Virus record (IMG/VR): IMGVR_UViG_3300042484_000873
Coordinates: 25,585-89,584 of that record
From: a virus
Reading direction: 5' to 3' (one strand)
DNA: 64,000 nt
Below are positions 1 to 11,217 of this stretch, piece by piece. Position 1 is the first letter of the stretch, and each line of letters begins with the position of its first letter. Both the position numbers and the translations under genes were made by a program. A model generated the notes under the pieces. That model made no database searches, was not told where the DNA came from, and saw only the letters and a program-made list of their open reading frames with translations.

Positions 1-3000
1 TTAGCAATGATTAACGATAAGTTAGACATTGTTACACTAAGTGGCAATGCATTATATGAGTTAGGTATTTCAAAATATACATTAACACAAGTTATCACAG
101 ACCCGCATCCTGCAAGCAGAACTCAATTTGGCACTGTTATTAAATTCAATGACAATGGTTCATTTGTAGCAAGTGCTCCTGTAGTACCTCGCTATGAAGC
201 GACTACATTTGATTCAACCGATGATGACAATTATAACAATGATACATTGTTTGACAACAATACAACTCAATTTGTAGACACATTAGTAAATGCTGGTGCA
301 GTTTATATGTTTGACTATGCAGAAAACTACAATGAGAACCTATTAAATGTTGGACAATATATCTATGCTCAAAGTGTAAACGCATTGAACAGCAATTACG
401 GGGCTCAACCATACTATGGTACTGCACTAGACTTTAATGACAATACTGTTGTAGTTGGTACACCGGGCTTTAGACCTGGATACGAAAACGGTCAAGTGAT
501 TATATATACAAATCCTTCTGGTCAAGCAGATTGGTCAGTATTCCGTCAGCCTCAAATGGCAGTAGATGTTAATGGAATTACAAATGCACAATTATATAGT
601 GCATCAACTAATAATACACTAATCAATTTAGATTATATTGATCCATTACAAGGTAAGATACTAGGTGTAGTTGCAGAAAACTTAGACATTGTTTCTAATG
701 CAGACCCTGCATCATACAATAGTCCTAACACAACCGTATCTGGCTCCGCTGTTTGGGGCACTAAACATTTAGGCAAATTATGGTTTAACACAAGTACAAC
801 TAAGTTTGTTAATTATCATCAAAATGATGAAGTAGTTTATAATAGCAAATGGTGGGGCCGTGTATTCCCAGGTAGTCAAGTTACAATTTATAGCTGGATT
901 ACTAGTAATGTAGTTCCTGCAGAATATACAGGTCCAGGTACACCGTTAACCTTAACAGACTACTCAGTTGAGTATGTATTAAACTCTACAGGTGCAATTA
1001 CTCCTGTATACTTCTTCTGGGCAAGAAACACTAACATCATCTTTAATCAAATAGGTAAAACACTAAGTGATACTATCTGTGAATCATATATTAGTGCTCC
1101 GCAAGCATCAGGTATTGCATACTTTGCACCTATTCAATCTAATGTAATGGGATTGTATAATACAAGTGAGTATGTTAATAGCAACGATACAGTAATGCAT
1201 ATTGGATTTGAAACTGGAACAAATGAAGATGATTCACATAGCATTTATAGTTTGATTCGTGCAAATTATCCAGATGATTTTTTACCTGGATTACCTGCAC
1301 TAACAAGTCTACCTCCTCTATCATTGTATGATAGAATGCTAGACAGCATGAGTGGTGTCGATGAATCAGGTGCGATTGTTCCTGATCCATACTTACCTAA
1401 ACCGGTACAGAGTGGTGTATTAGTACGTCCTCGTCAAAGCTTCTTCTATTCACGTTTTGGTGCACTAAAGAATTATTTAACACTTGCTAATCAAGAATTA
1501 GCAAAGATTCCATTCACAGAAACACAATCTAGTAAGTTCTTGTATACAACTGGACCTATCAATCCAAGCACAGGACTTCCATTCTATGAAACAACAGACT
1601 ATTGGGATCCTGTAAATTGGTGGGCAACTGGCTATAACGATAATACAAAATCTGCTGTTCTAGTAGAGTCATATTATCAACTAGCAACTATCAATGCACA
1701 GAATGGTTTGATTGTTACTGTTAATAAGAACGGCGCCGGCTTCCAAGAGACATATCGGTATGATAGCGGATTAGATACGTGGGAACGAATTGGATTACAG
1801 GCTGGTACCATTCAATTTAAAACTGACTTATGGGATTATGCATCAGCACGATTAGGCTTTGGTGATAATTTCTTTGATACAACACCTTTCGATACTTACC
1901 CAAGTGAAGAAACTCGTAGTATCACACGATTCTTAAACGAAGAATTACCAAGTGAGATATTTGCATTTAGAAATCAAGGTTTGATTCTATTGTTCAATTA
2001 TATTATAAGTGAGACAATTGAATCACAAAACTATCTGCCATGGTTAAACAAGACTTCATTCATTGATGTTGCACACACTATACGTGAATTGCTTCCACTA
2101 GAAGTATTCCAAAGTGATAACCAAGAATTCTTAGCTGGTTATATTAATGAAGTAAAACCATATCACGTTGTTGTTAAAGACTTCTTGTTTGAGTATACTG
2201 GTATTGATGTATGGCCCGGTGATATCACTGACTTTGACTTACCTGCACAGTACAACACCAGTTTACAACAATACATAACACCCGAATTAGTGTATGCTAA
2301 TCCAAGTGGTGACAATCAATTTGTACCTACTGATGATATTTGGCAAGACCCCGCATACAATAATTGGTTCAATAATTATGGCGTAAGCATCACTGGTGTC
2401 AATGGATATCCTATAACAGTATTGTCATCATATTTGACATTGAACAGTAATTCAATGGCAGTTGATAATATATTTGGTTTCCCAATCAATGGCGTAATTA
2501 AAGTTTATGATCCTACTGATCCGGAAACAGATTTGAGCAAGAAAGCATTTGAATTAATTGCTTACTCAAGTGTTGACAAAGCATATGGAACATTGAATGG
2601 ATTGACACGTGGTGTAAATGAAACACCTATTTCTAATCACTTACCGGGTCAACAAATCTATATTGATTTACCTGCTGTATTAGTATTAGACGGTGGTCGT
2701 GGGTACGCAAATCCCCCTGTAATTACTGCATATATTGATACAACAATTTATCCTGCGCCAAGACGTGAGGCAATATTACAACCGGTAATGAATTTGGATC
2801 AATTATTGCGTGTTGATGTAATTGATCCAGGCGATGGATATGTCGTATTGCCACAGATTTTGATTGAACCTAGCTCAATTATTACTTTTGCAAGCATTGA
2901 TGTGGATCTTGTTACTAATACAATTACTATACAAAATCAATTAGTGCAAACTGGTGATCTAGTTCGCTATTATACAGGAAGTGACACTACTGCAATAAGC

Positions 3001-6000
3001 GGTGTAAAAGAAGGGCAGTATTACTACGTTGGAGTATTAGAAAATGTACCTACGTATGTAGTTGCATTGTATACAACTTATGCTGATGCATTACAAGACC
3101 ATGATAGAGTAGTATTCTTGGGCACCGGCTCCGGGACAAATAATAATCTAGCTATTAGTGCTAGAGCAAGTTGTGTAACCAGCTCAAGACCAATTCGTGA
3201 AAATATCACTACATTACGTTATGATAGAACTACCTATGATTCTCAAGTAACAGAATGGGCTCAGGGTAATTTTTATGGTAGTTTCTATGCAGGAGCCTTC
3301 CAAAATACTGAACAAGTTGCAAGTTCATCATTAACATTGTTTAACGAAACTCCTGCAATTGACACTATATTAGCAAGTGCTCAAGGTGCAACTTTTGAAA
3401 TTCAAAATGTTAGAAATAATGAAGTAATTGAATGGTCATCACGCACTAGAATTGTTACAACTACGACTGGTACTACAAATGTGATAACAATTTCACCTAG
3501 TGTTGGTGGAACGCCTCTATCACTAGATCAACCAATCGGCCCTACTACTGGATTCTATGTTGGCATGCCAATTAAATTTATTGGAGCTGCCTTTGGAAAT
3601 CTAGCAGTAGACACCGTTTATTACGTAAGAGAAATAGTAAGTCTAACTCAGTTCACTATTAGTGCTACTTTAGGCGGAGCAGAAGTTACATTAACAACTG
3701 GTACTACTACTGCAGGTCTAGACGCAATAATTGGAGAAGTAACAAATACAGCAGTAATTACTATTCAATATCCAGGTATATTAAATGCAACCGCAACTGA
3801 AAAGACAACTAACTTTGTAACAATCCCATTAAATCCAAGTGGTATATGTGGAACTACTGGTTTCTATACAGGATTACCAATCTTCTTTACGGGTGATGTA
3901 TTTGGTGGTGTCATTGAAAATGAAAATTACTATGTAACAACTGTAATTAACGACCAAACATTTACAATGTCAACAACTAATACTCCTACTATAGTAACAG
4001 TTGAATCAACTGAAAATGCAGGTGATTATGTAGTATTAAGTGACATTGGTGATTTAGAAGTTAACACTCCCGTAATCATTACTGGAACAACGTTTGGTGG
4101 AATTGTTGCTGGACAATTATATTATATTGCATCCATTGATTACAGCACTAATAAAGTTACATTGTCTATCACAATTAACGGCGGTGCAATTGCACTAACG
4201 GACGCATCAGGATCAGCAACACTAACAAGTCAAGCAGACGTAATTCAATTAACAACTGTTACTGGAACAATGACATGTAACGTTGGTCTACCAATCAGTC
4301 CAGGCCAAATTACTGGGCAAGCATTTACATTTTATAATACATCAGGTGAATTTACTAATGGTGGTGCTGGGTATTCAGGTACACCTAGTAACTTAATTAA
4401 TAAAAGCACAGTTGCAACTGTTGCTACCTCAAATTATTTGTATTTGAACTCCTTGTTAGGTGGCACAACTAATATGTATGTTAATATGCCATTCAGATTA
4501 TCTGCGGCAATTGGCGGATTGTCAGCAGCTACGACATATTATGTTAAAACTATAGGAAGTGTCGTAGTAGATGTTATTAGTTCAAATGCAGGAACAGACG
4601 CATATACCTGTACATCTACCACTGGATTTTATTCAGGTATGCCGATATCATTTACCGGAGGTGTCTTTGGTGGAGTTATTGAATTAGTGACATATTATGT
4701 CAAGACTGTCCCAAGTTCAACTACCTTTACTATAAGTGAAACTCCAGGTGGTGCAACATTTGATTTGTCAGGCAACAATGGACTAATGACGTTGACTGCT
4801 GACAACCCGTACATAACAGTTAGTACATCAATTGGCGGCAGTGTAGTAGCATTGACTGATAATTTTTCAGCGTCATCTACACTAACGCAATACCCAACAG
4901 CAGTTCCTACGTTCTTTGTCAGCTATATTTTAGGTGGCTATTCTGTATTCATTAACACTGCAGGATCAGGATTTGCGTACAATAATGATATTACAATTCT
5001 TGGATCTTCAATCTCAGGCGGAACAAATGGACTAAATGACATTACTATTAATGTAAGTGGTATAAATGAACCTGGATTGAATTATAATCCATCACTACCG
5101 TACGGAGCAATAACATCTACTATTGTTTCTGGTACCCCACCTGGATTAACAGAACAGTATTACTTAAAAGTTATCAGCCCAACCGAATTAGAAGTATACG
5201 CTAATCCTAACTTGACAGTACCAGTTGACGGTGATGCATTGGGAGCAATATACACAGGTGTTAAATCAACAACTGTAACAGATGTTACAGCATCTACCGA
5301 TCAATTGACAGTTACAAGTTCTGCTGACTTTGAATTGAACGATCCTGTAGTGTTTACCGGTGATGTATACAGTGAGTTGACATTGGGTCAAACTTATTAT
5401 ATTAAATCAAAACCATCATCAACTACTGTTACATTGTCAGCCACAATAGCCGGCGGCACATTGAACTTTACTGGAACTACTACCGGTTTATCATTCACTA
5501 TGGCTAAGTCAGGTGATTATGTATTCTTACCAGAACCATTCTACTTCAATCAAAGTATTGTTCGTTATAACAATAGACTATATCAATGTATTGTAAGTAA
5601 CAATGACACTAGTTTCATATTAGGTAAGTGGGAAGTGTTAGACAGTGGCGACAGAAGATTGAATGAGTTGGATCGTATTATTGGATACTATAATCCAACA
5701 GTTAATATGCCAGGCAGAGATTTGACTCAATTAGTTACCGGGATAACTTATCCGGGTTCAGTCTACATGGACAATGCATTTCCTCCTGCTGATGAGTTTA
5801 TATTAGATACTATATTACAGGATCAACCATTCTATCCCACTGACATTGATAATGTTGCAGTCTTATACGATGGGTTAAGGTATATAGGAGTTTCTAATAC
5901 TCCGGAATATTCAGCATCAATAACAAGCACATTAGGAGACGCATGGTCAATTAACAAAATTGCAAATAGTCCCTTAAATACAACTAATATTAGCTTTGCT

Positions 6001-9000
6001 GATGGTTGGTATGTAATAACTACTGTCAACTCAGCTACCCCAATTTTTATAAGTGCCGACGGCGTCAATTGGATTACTTCAGGTGGTACATACACACCTT
6101 ACGACTCTACGCCTTATGACACAACTTCATATGATTTTACATCACTTTTAGTCGAATCTAACTTATTAAATGCTAGTGATTATAACGATAATAAATGGGT
6201 AGCAGTAGGTGAAAATATCGTATTAAGTACAGACAGGTTCTTCTGGGAAGAAGTGTTTGTGTTACCTTATGCAGGGCAATTAAAAGATGTAAAATATATT
6301 GACATACCAATTTATAACAATTGGTTAGCAGTAGGTAATTGGACTGTAAGTGGGGTCGATCGGGCCGTATTGTTACGAAGCAGTGATGGCATAACTTGGA
6401 TAGAGATTAATGCTGGAATTACCACAGGTATTACAAATGCAACATTAAATGCAGTCGCCCCCGGGGATAATTTACTGGTATATGTGGCTGATAATGGTAG
6501 AATATTTACAACTACAAACAATATATCATTTACTGAACAAACGTCAGGAGTTGGTGAAAATCTATTAGACGTACTGTACGTGGATAGCACTTACATTGTA
6601 GTAGGTGAAGCTGGTACTATATTAACAAGTACAGACGCAGTTACATGGAATATAGATACCTCAGGTACTACAGAAAACTTAAATGGAATTACATCCGATG
6701 GTGCAGGAAAGTATTTAGTTGTTGGCAACAATAATATTATATTAACTAGTATAGATTCAGGTATTGATAAAACTTGGGAACTTTCAAGTATTTTTATACA
6801 AGAACCTGCTGTATATAATGTTCAGGGTCCTGCATTTAATGAAGGTTATGGCCCAGAAGAATTGGTTCCAGGCGTAGTCACTGACAACCTAACTATGATT
6901 GTAACAACTCGTCCGGGTACTAACTGGTCAGTTGGACAATACGGCCATGCTGGATTCACAATAGTTTCAACTGAAATTACCCCCTCATATCCACAAGTTA
7001 ATTATTCATTCTTAAATATTGTACAAAATCCTGCATTCTTGGCATTATATGATATAACTCCTGTCAGTGGAACAAGTCGTAGAATTTATGAACATTATGA
7101 TTATACGATTGATTGGGTATTAAAAACAATCACATTGACTACTACACTAGCTCCAAATCATATTTTAGGTATTGAATTGTATGAAGTGGGTAACGGAGAT
7201 CAATTACAGCGTTCAAATTCACAGACGGTGCCTTTTATTAATAATTTAAATACTGGCTTTACTGAAATTCCATTAAACTGTAATTACTCAGCTAATAAAT
7301 TTAACGGTAATGGATTAATAAGACCAGGCACAGAACCTATTGAAACAGAATGTACCCGCACAGAAGCAATTATTGATTCTATTACATGTGATGATGTATC
7401 TAACTTTACACTTAATGAGCCAATTAAATTCCAAGGTGCTGTATTTGGTGGAATTGATTTGGATCAGATTTACTATATTAAAACTATCAGTTATGTAACC
7501 AATAAAATTACTGTTGCATTAGGTCCATTGATAGATGGTATTGCAGGACCCACGTACCAATTAACTGATGGTACAGGTTCTATGCAAACAATTATTCAAC
7601 AAGGAACGGGTATTGTTTGGACTGATCCATTAGTTGCACATAACGGCAATAAGTTGGTGTTAGGTGAAACTAGCACAGTAACTCAGACTAAGAGTTCTAC
7701 TAATTCAATAGTGGTTAATACTGCATTAACTATGGATGTGAACGATCCAATCGTGTTTAGTGATTATATGTTTGGTGGACCAATACCCCACACTACCTAT
7801 TATATTGCTTCAATAGTAGATGACAATGAGTTCACGATAAAAGCAACACCTACCGGAAGCACAGTTGTATTGACCGATGCTACTGGTCTTGTAAGTTGTA
7901 TCACCAATGATTTTGCTATTTCCCGTGCAGATGTAGGCCCTACAGCAAAATTAATGTTTGCTGAAAATTATAATCAAACTGATGATTTTATAACGTTTGC
8001 AGTATTTGGAGAAACAGATCCTATACAGTATTCATATAGTATTCCGATTACCCAGATTTATCAATCAACTGGTGGTGAGACACAATTACTATTGACTAAC
8101 TATATTGGAGGAACCAATCCAGAAAATGCAATAGTAGAAGTTAACGGCTTACGTTTAACACCAACTTCAGATTATACTATTGATTTAACTACACAGCTAT
8201 TATACTTAACCTTCAGTCTAACTAATAATGATATTTTAGCAGTTACTACTTATAATAGTACAGATCGTCAATACTTAAATACAACATTGGGTGGAACATA
8301 TAGCGGTTCAGAAAGTGTGACATTACACATTGGATCATCAACCCACTTGTCAGGATGGAGTGAAGAAGTTATTGCAGGCGGATTTATTATTGGAGTATCA
8401 TATCAAATTACAAATTTAGGGACTACTGATTTTACATTGATTGGTGCCACAAGCAATACAGTAGGTGAAATATTCACTGCTACTGGAGCAGGTACAGGAA
8501 CAGGCACTGCTGGTATAGGTTGGGGCGAGAATGAGTGGTCACCTAGTCCAGACTATTTCACTTTGTCCTCGGGCGATACAACAGGATTAGTTGTAGGAAC
8601 TGGTATCATATTTACATCACCGATCGGCGGTGTTGTTAGCAACACTACTTACTATATTGTAGACATATTAAGCTCAACAACATTCTCTGTGTCAGAAACA
8701 CCGGGCGGCTTACCGTTACTGTTAACATCTGCTACAGGCGCAATGCTTGGCTTTATTAATCCTTCTAGAGTTTCTAATATTACTGCAATTAATAATGTAA
8801 TTACTTCACCAATTGCAGTTGCCAATGTATCAACATCTACTGCACCTAATACATTGACCGCTAATAGCACCTCCGGATTTATTTCAGCAAGCCCTGGTAT
8901 ATATCAACCTATCATATTTAAAAATACAACCGCTACTCCTGGCCCAGGCGGCGTGTTAACGGACGGCACTGTATACTGGGTTGATACGGTTGACATTAAT

Positions 9001-10395
9001 GGCATTGATTTTACTATTTCAGAAACACCAGGGGGTCCTGCATTTGTAGTTGACGGCTCATCGGGCGCAATGATTGCTTATGCAGGAGGTAACCCAACTG
9101 TAACAATCACTACCGGGGTTCCACACAATTTAGAAACAAACGACATAGTACGCATTGATGGTGTTAACGGATCAACTCAATTAAACAATAACGCATATTA
9201 TGTACATGTAATATCTGAAAATCAAATTGGTTTGTACTTATCAGATTATCTACCTGAAAGTTTTCAGGCTAACGAAATAGTCGCCGGAGTAACAAATTGG
9301 ACTGGTGGTGGTTATGTATGGTTAGACAAACAGTTTACAATAATTGATGCAACAGCAACAGAAACATTCCTTGCTGATAATACGATTCAGTTGGATAGTG
9401 TTGCTAATATCGTTATTGATACTCCTGTATATTTCTCAGGAAATACATTTGGTAACATCGTTGAAGGTACTCGTTACTATGTTAAATCTGTTGATAATCT
9501 AAACGTAAAAATTACTATATCTACAACATATCAAGGTGTAGAATTTACATTGATAGATGATACAGGTGAAATGGGTGTTTCAATGTGGGAGCAAACTAAT
9601 GTTGATAGAGTTTGGGTAACAGTCAACGGATATACGGTTCCATCAAGTGCATTATACTTAAATCCTAATAATAATTTAAGTATTTTAACTACGATTGTTC
9701 CTGGAGATATTGTTATTATTACTCATATGATACCTACTTCTACACCAGATGAATTGACATATATTAATAATGTCAATAAATCGCACATACCTACAGTTTA
9801 TCGTGCAACATCATTAAGTACAACTTGGTTAACTCAACCACTATCATATACTGATAGTACAATTTATGTTCAAGATGTAACTAAGATTACGACCAATGTA
9901 GTTCAAAATGAGGTAACTCCTACATCGGTAAATGGTGTTTATACTATCGGGTTAGATGTAGATAAGAGAATTATCAGTCAGGTTGTTGTAGTAAATAATA
10001 CGACTTCTACTACGCTACCAAGCTCTGCTTATAGTGTTCAGATTGTAAATACTGCCCCGATATTAGAAATTACATCAGGGGTGTCAGTAGGTCAAAGCTT
10101 AACAGTTACTATAATTTTAGGTAATTTGATTTATGTTGCAGGAGAGCAAATTAAGTTCACAACTGTAGATTTTGTCAATAATACATTGTCTGGATTACAG
10201 CGCGGCACTAACGGTACTGGAGAAAGATTCTATATTCCAGCATATGAAAAAGTATACGGAATATTGTCTACAAACCAACTGCCAGCAGTTAACTATAATT
10301 TAACATGGAATTCATATAATTATAATCCTATTATAGGTGATCCTCTACAGATTAGCGACACAGTGGCTGCAAATTTCTTAAATGCGGAGTTCTGA
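1..10395 (+). CDS. Giant virion structural protein (baseplate/tail-associated), 5'-partial
   Basis: Frame is open from the window edge (>3460 aa) and Thr/Gly/Val-rich. It has about 11-12 copies of a P-I-x-F-x-G-x-x-FGG...YY-[VI]...FT-[IV]-S-x-T-x-GG module and a BNR/propeller-like stretch (IVVGEAGTILTSTDAVTW). Structural gene context. Confidence 0.75.
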   Translation, partial: LAMINDKLDIVTLSGNALYELGISKYTLTQVITDPHPASRTQFGTVIKFNDNGSFVASAPVVPRYEATTFDSTDDDNYNNDTLFDNNTTQFVDTLVNAGAVYMFDYAENYNENLLNVGQYIYAQSVNALNSNYGAQPYYGTALDFNDNTVVVGTPGFRPGYENGQVIIYTNPSGQADWSVFRQPQMAVDVNGITNAQLYSASTNNTLINLDYIDPLQGKILGVVAENLDIVSNADPASYNSPNTTVSGSAVWGTKHLGKLWFNTSTTKFVNYHQNDEVVYNSKWWGRVFPGSQVTIYSWITSNVVPAEYTGPGTPLTLTDYSVEYVLNSTGAITPVYFFWARNTNIIFNQIGKTLSDTICESYISAPQASGIAYFAPIQSNVMGLYNTSEYVNSNDTVMHIGFETGTNEDDSHSIYSLIRANYPDDFLPGLPALTSLPPLSLYDRMLDSMSGVDESGAIVPDPYLPKPVQSGVLVRPRQSFFYSRFGALKNYLTLANQELAKIPFTETQSSKFLYTTGPINPSTGLPFYETTDYWDPVNWWATGYNDNTKSAVLVESYYQLATINAQNGLIVTVNKNGAGFQETYRYDSGLDTWERIGLQAGTIQFKTDLWDYASARLGFGDNFFDTTPFDTYPSEETRSITRFLNEELPSEIFAFRNQGLILLFNYIISETIESQNYLPWLNKTSFIDVAHTIRELLPLEVFQSDNQEFLAGYINEVKPYHVVVKDFLFEYTGIDVWPGDITDFDLPAQYNTSLQQYITPELVYANPSGDNQFVPTDDIWQDPAYNNWFNNYGVSITGVNGYPITVLSSYLTLNSNSMAVDNIFGFPINGVIKVYDPTDPETDLSKKAFELIAYSSVDKAYGTLNGLTRGVNETPISNHLPGQQIYIDLPAVLVLDGGRGYANPPVITAYIDTTIYPAPRREAILQPVMNLDQLLRVDVIDPGDGYVVLPQILIEPSSIITFASIDVDLVTNTITIQNQLVQTGDLVRYYTGSDTTAISGVKEGQYYYVGVLENVPTYVVALYTTYADALQDHDRVVFLGTGSGTNNNLAISARASCVTSSRPIRENITTLRYDRTTYDSQVTEWAQGNFYGSFYAGAFQNTEQVASSSLTLFNETPAIDTILASAQGATFEIQNVRNNEVIEWSSRTRIVTTTTGTTNVITISPSVGGTPLSLDQPIGPTTGFYVGMPIKFIGAAFGNLAVDTVYYVREIVSLTQFTISATLGGAEVTLTTGTTTAGLDAIIGEVTNTAVITIQYPGILNATATEKTTNFVTIPLNPSGICGTTGFYTGLPIFFTGDVFGGVIENENYYVTTVINDQTFTMSTTNTPTIVTVESTENAGDYVVLSDIGDLEVNTPVIITGTTFGGIVAGQLYYIASIDYSTNKVTLSITINGGAIALTDASGSATLTSQADVIQLTTVTGTMTCNVGLPISPGQITGQAFTFYNTSGEFTNGGAGYSGTPSNLINKSTVATVATSNYLYLNSLLGGTTNMYVNMPFRLSAAIGGLSAATTYYVKTIGSVVVDVISSNAGTDAYTCTSTTGFYSGMPISFTGGVFGGVIELVTYYVKTVPSSTTFTISETPGGATFDLSGNNGLMTLTADNPYITVSTSIGGSVVALTDNFSASSTLTQYPTAVPTFFVSYILGGYSVFINTAGSGFAYNNDITILGSSISGGTNGLNDITINVSGINEPGLNYNPSLPYGAITSTIVSGTPPGLTEQYYLKVISPTELEVYANPNLTVPVDGDALGAIYTGVKSTTVTDVTASTDQLTVTSSADFELNDPVVFTGDVYSELTLGQTYYIKSKPSSTTVTLSATIAGGTLNFTGTTTGLSFTMAKSGDYVFLPEPFYFNQSIVRYNNRLYQCIVSNNDTSFILGKWEVLDSGDRRLNELDRIIGYYNPTVNMPGRDLTQLVTGITYPGSVYMDNAFPPADEFILDTILQDQPFYPTDIDNVAVLYDGLRYIGVSNTPEYSASITSTLGDAWSINKIANSPLNTTNISFADGWYVITTVNSATPIFISADGVNWITSGGTYTPYDSTPYDTTSYDFTSLLVESNLLNASDYNDNKWVAVGENIVLSTDRFFWEEVFVLPYAGQLKDVKYIDIPIYNNWLAVGNWTVSGVDRAVLLRSSDGITWIEINAGITTGITNATLNAVAPGDNLLVYVADNGRIFTTTNNISFTEQTSGVGENLLDVLYVDSTYIVVGEAGTILTSTDAVTWNIDTSGTTENLNGITSDGAGKYLVVGNNNIILTSIDSGIDKTWELSSIFIQEPAVYNVQGPAFNEGYGPEELVPGVVTDNLTMIVTTRPGTNWSVGQYGHAGFTIVSTEITPSYPQVNYSFLNIVQNPAFLALYDITPVSGTSRRIYEHYDYTIDWVLKTITLTTTLAPNHILGIELYEVGNGDQLQRSNSQTVPFINNLNTGFTEIPLNCNYSANKFNGNGLIRPGTEPIETECTRTEAIIDSITCDDVSNFTLNEPIKFQGAVFGGIDLDQIYYIKTISYVTNKITVALGPLIDGIAGPTYQLTDGTGSMQTIIQQGTGIVWTDPLVAHNGNKLVLGETSTVTQTKSSTNSIVVNTALTMDVNDPIVFSDYMFGGPIPHTTYYIASIVDDNEFTIKATPTGSTVVLTDATGLVSCITNDFAISRADVGPTAKLMFAENYNQTDDFITFAVFGETDPIQYSYSIPITQIYQSTGGETQLLLTNYIGGTNPENAIVEVNGLRLTPTSDYTIDLTTQLLYLTFSLTNNDILAVTTYNSTDRQYLNTTLGGTYSGSESVTLHIGSSTHLSGWSEEVIAGGFIIGVSYQITNLGTTDFTLIGATSNTVGEIFTATGAGTGTGTAGIGWGENEWSPSPDYFTLSSGDTTGLVVGTGIIFTSPIGGVVSNTTYYIVDILSSTTFSVSETPGGLPLLLTSATGAMLGFINPSRVSNITAINNVITSPIAVANVSTSTAPNTLTANSTSGFISASPGIYQPIIFKNTTATPGPGGVLTDGTVYWVDTVDINGIDFTISETPGGPAFVVDGSSGAMIAYAGGNPTVTITTGVPHNLETNDIVRIDGVNGSTQLNNNAYYVHVISENQIGLYLSDYLPESFQANEIVAGVTNWTGGGYVWLDKQFTIIDATATETFLADNTIQLDSVANIVIDTPVYFSGNTFGNIVEGTRYYVKSVDNLNVKITISTTYQGVEFTLIDDTGEMGVSMWEQTNVDRVWVTVNGYTVPSSALYLNPNNNLSILTTIVPGDIVIITHMIPTSTPDELTYINNVNKSHIPTVYRATSLSTTWLTQPLSYTDSTIYVQDVTKITTNVVQNEVTPTSVNGVYTIGLDVDKRIISQVVVVNNTTSTTLPSSAYSVQIVNTAPILEITSGVSVGQSLTVTIILGNLIYVAGEQIKFTTVDFVNNTLSGLQRGTNGTGERFYIPAYEKVYGILSTNQLPAVNYNLTWNSYNYNPIIGDPLQISDTVAANFLNAEF

Positions 10396-10402
10396 TAAAT
10401 GA

Positions 10403-10408
10403 TAAATA
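10403..10408 (+). promoter_or_regulatory. T4-like late promoter core TAAATA
   Basis: gaTAAATA lies 5 nt before the ATG at 10414; the same motif recurs before many structural genes. Confidence 0.55.
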
Positions 10409-10413
10409 ATACT

Positions 10414-10566
10414 ATGAATAATCAGGAAAATAATATAAAACCACAATTAACAGAAGAATATGGCCCAACGCCGGAAGAGACTGGTGGTTTCTATTTTTCG
10501 TCTTTTTTGAAAATAACTGATCCAAATACCAAAGAAGTTTTGGTCGAAACACGAGGCGATATCTAA
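10414..10566 (+). CDS. Small 50-aa protein, not in the ORF track
   Basis: MNNQENNIKPQLTEEYGPTPEETGGFYFSSFLKITDPNTKEVLVETRGDI*; fills the gap, its stop overlaps the next ATG (TAATG), and it resembles the N-terminus of the next gene. Confidence 0.7.
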   Translation: MNNQENNIKPQLTEEYGPTPEETGGFYFSSFLKITDPNTKEVLVETRGDI

Positions 10567-11186
10567 TGTCAGGAATACAATTAACATACAAAATTGAGGG
10601 CTTTTTGAAAGTCTACGATCCCAATAATGGGGAAGTTTTCGTAGATAAACATAATGCTATCAACTATGAAAACATGTCAGAAGCTATTGCTGACACATTA
10701 AGCAGTCGTGGTTATGGCGAAATCTTTCAGATGGCGTTTGGGAACGGTGGTGCAAGCGTAGATGAAACAGGTGTTATCACATATCTACCCCCAAACACAA
10801 CTGGTCAGAATGCGGCTCTTTATAACCAAACCTACGCTAAAATCGTTGACGATACCAGCGTTTTCAACTTAGATCCTACACGCAACAAGATGACAGTTTC
10901 ACACACTACTGGTCGTGTCTATACTGATATCTTAGTTCAATGTTTATTAGACTACGGTGAGCCTTCTGGCCAAGATGCGTTTGATAACAGCACACAAACT
11001 GATTCTAGTTATATTTTTGATGAATTAGGATTATTAGCAAATTACGGAACAGACGAGAACGGAAATGTCATTACTAGACTATTGACACATGTAATTTTCC
11101 ACCCTGTCCAAAAGTCTTTAAATAGACAAATACAAATAGATTATACAGTCAGAATCCAAGCTCTGACGAACTTAGTCACAATTTAA
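10566..11186 (+). CDS. Putative virion structural protein (baseplate/tail-collar-like)
   Basis: 206 aa in a structural operon; FDELGL...LLTHVIFHPVQKS...IDYTVRI C-terminus resembles tail-collar/baseplate proteins. Confidence 0.55.
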   Translation: MSGIQLTYKIEGFLKVYDPNNGEVFVDKHNAINYENMSEAIADTLSSRGYGEIFQMAFGNGGASVDETGVITYLPPNTTGQNAALYNQTYAKIVDDTSVFNLDPTRNKMTVSHTTGRVYTDILVQCLLDYGEPSGQDAFDNSTQTDSSYIFDELGLLANYGTDENGNVITRLLTHVIFHPVQKSLNRQIQIDYTVRIQALTNLVTI

Positions 11187-11188
11187 GA

Positions 11189-11194
11189 TAAATA
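11189..11194 (+). promoter_or_regulatory. Late promoter core TAAATA
   Basis: gaTAAATA in the intergenic gap, followed by a GGAG RBS before the tail-fibre gene. Confidence 0.5.
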
Positions 11195-11217
11195 AAGAAT
11201 ACTCGGAGTGATTTGAA

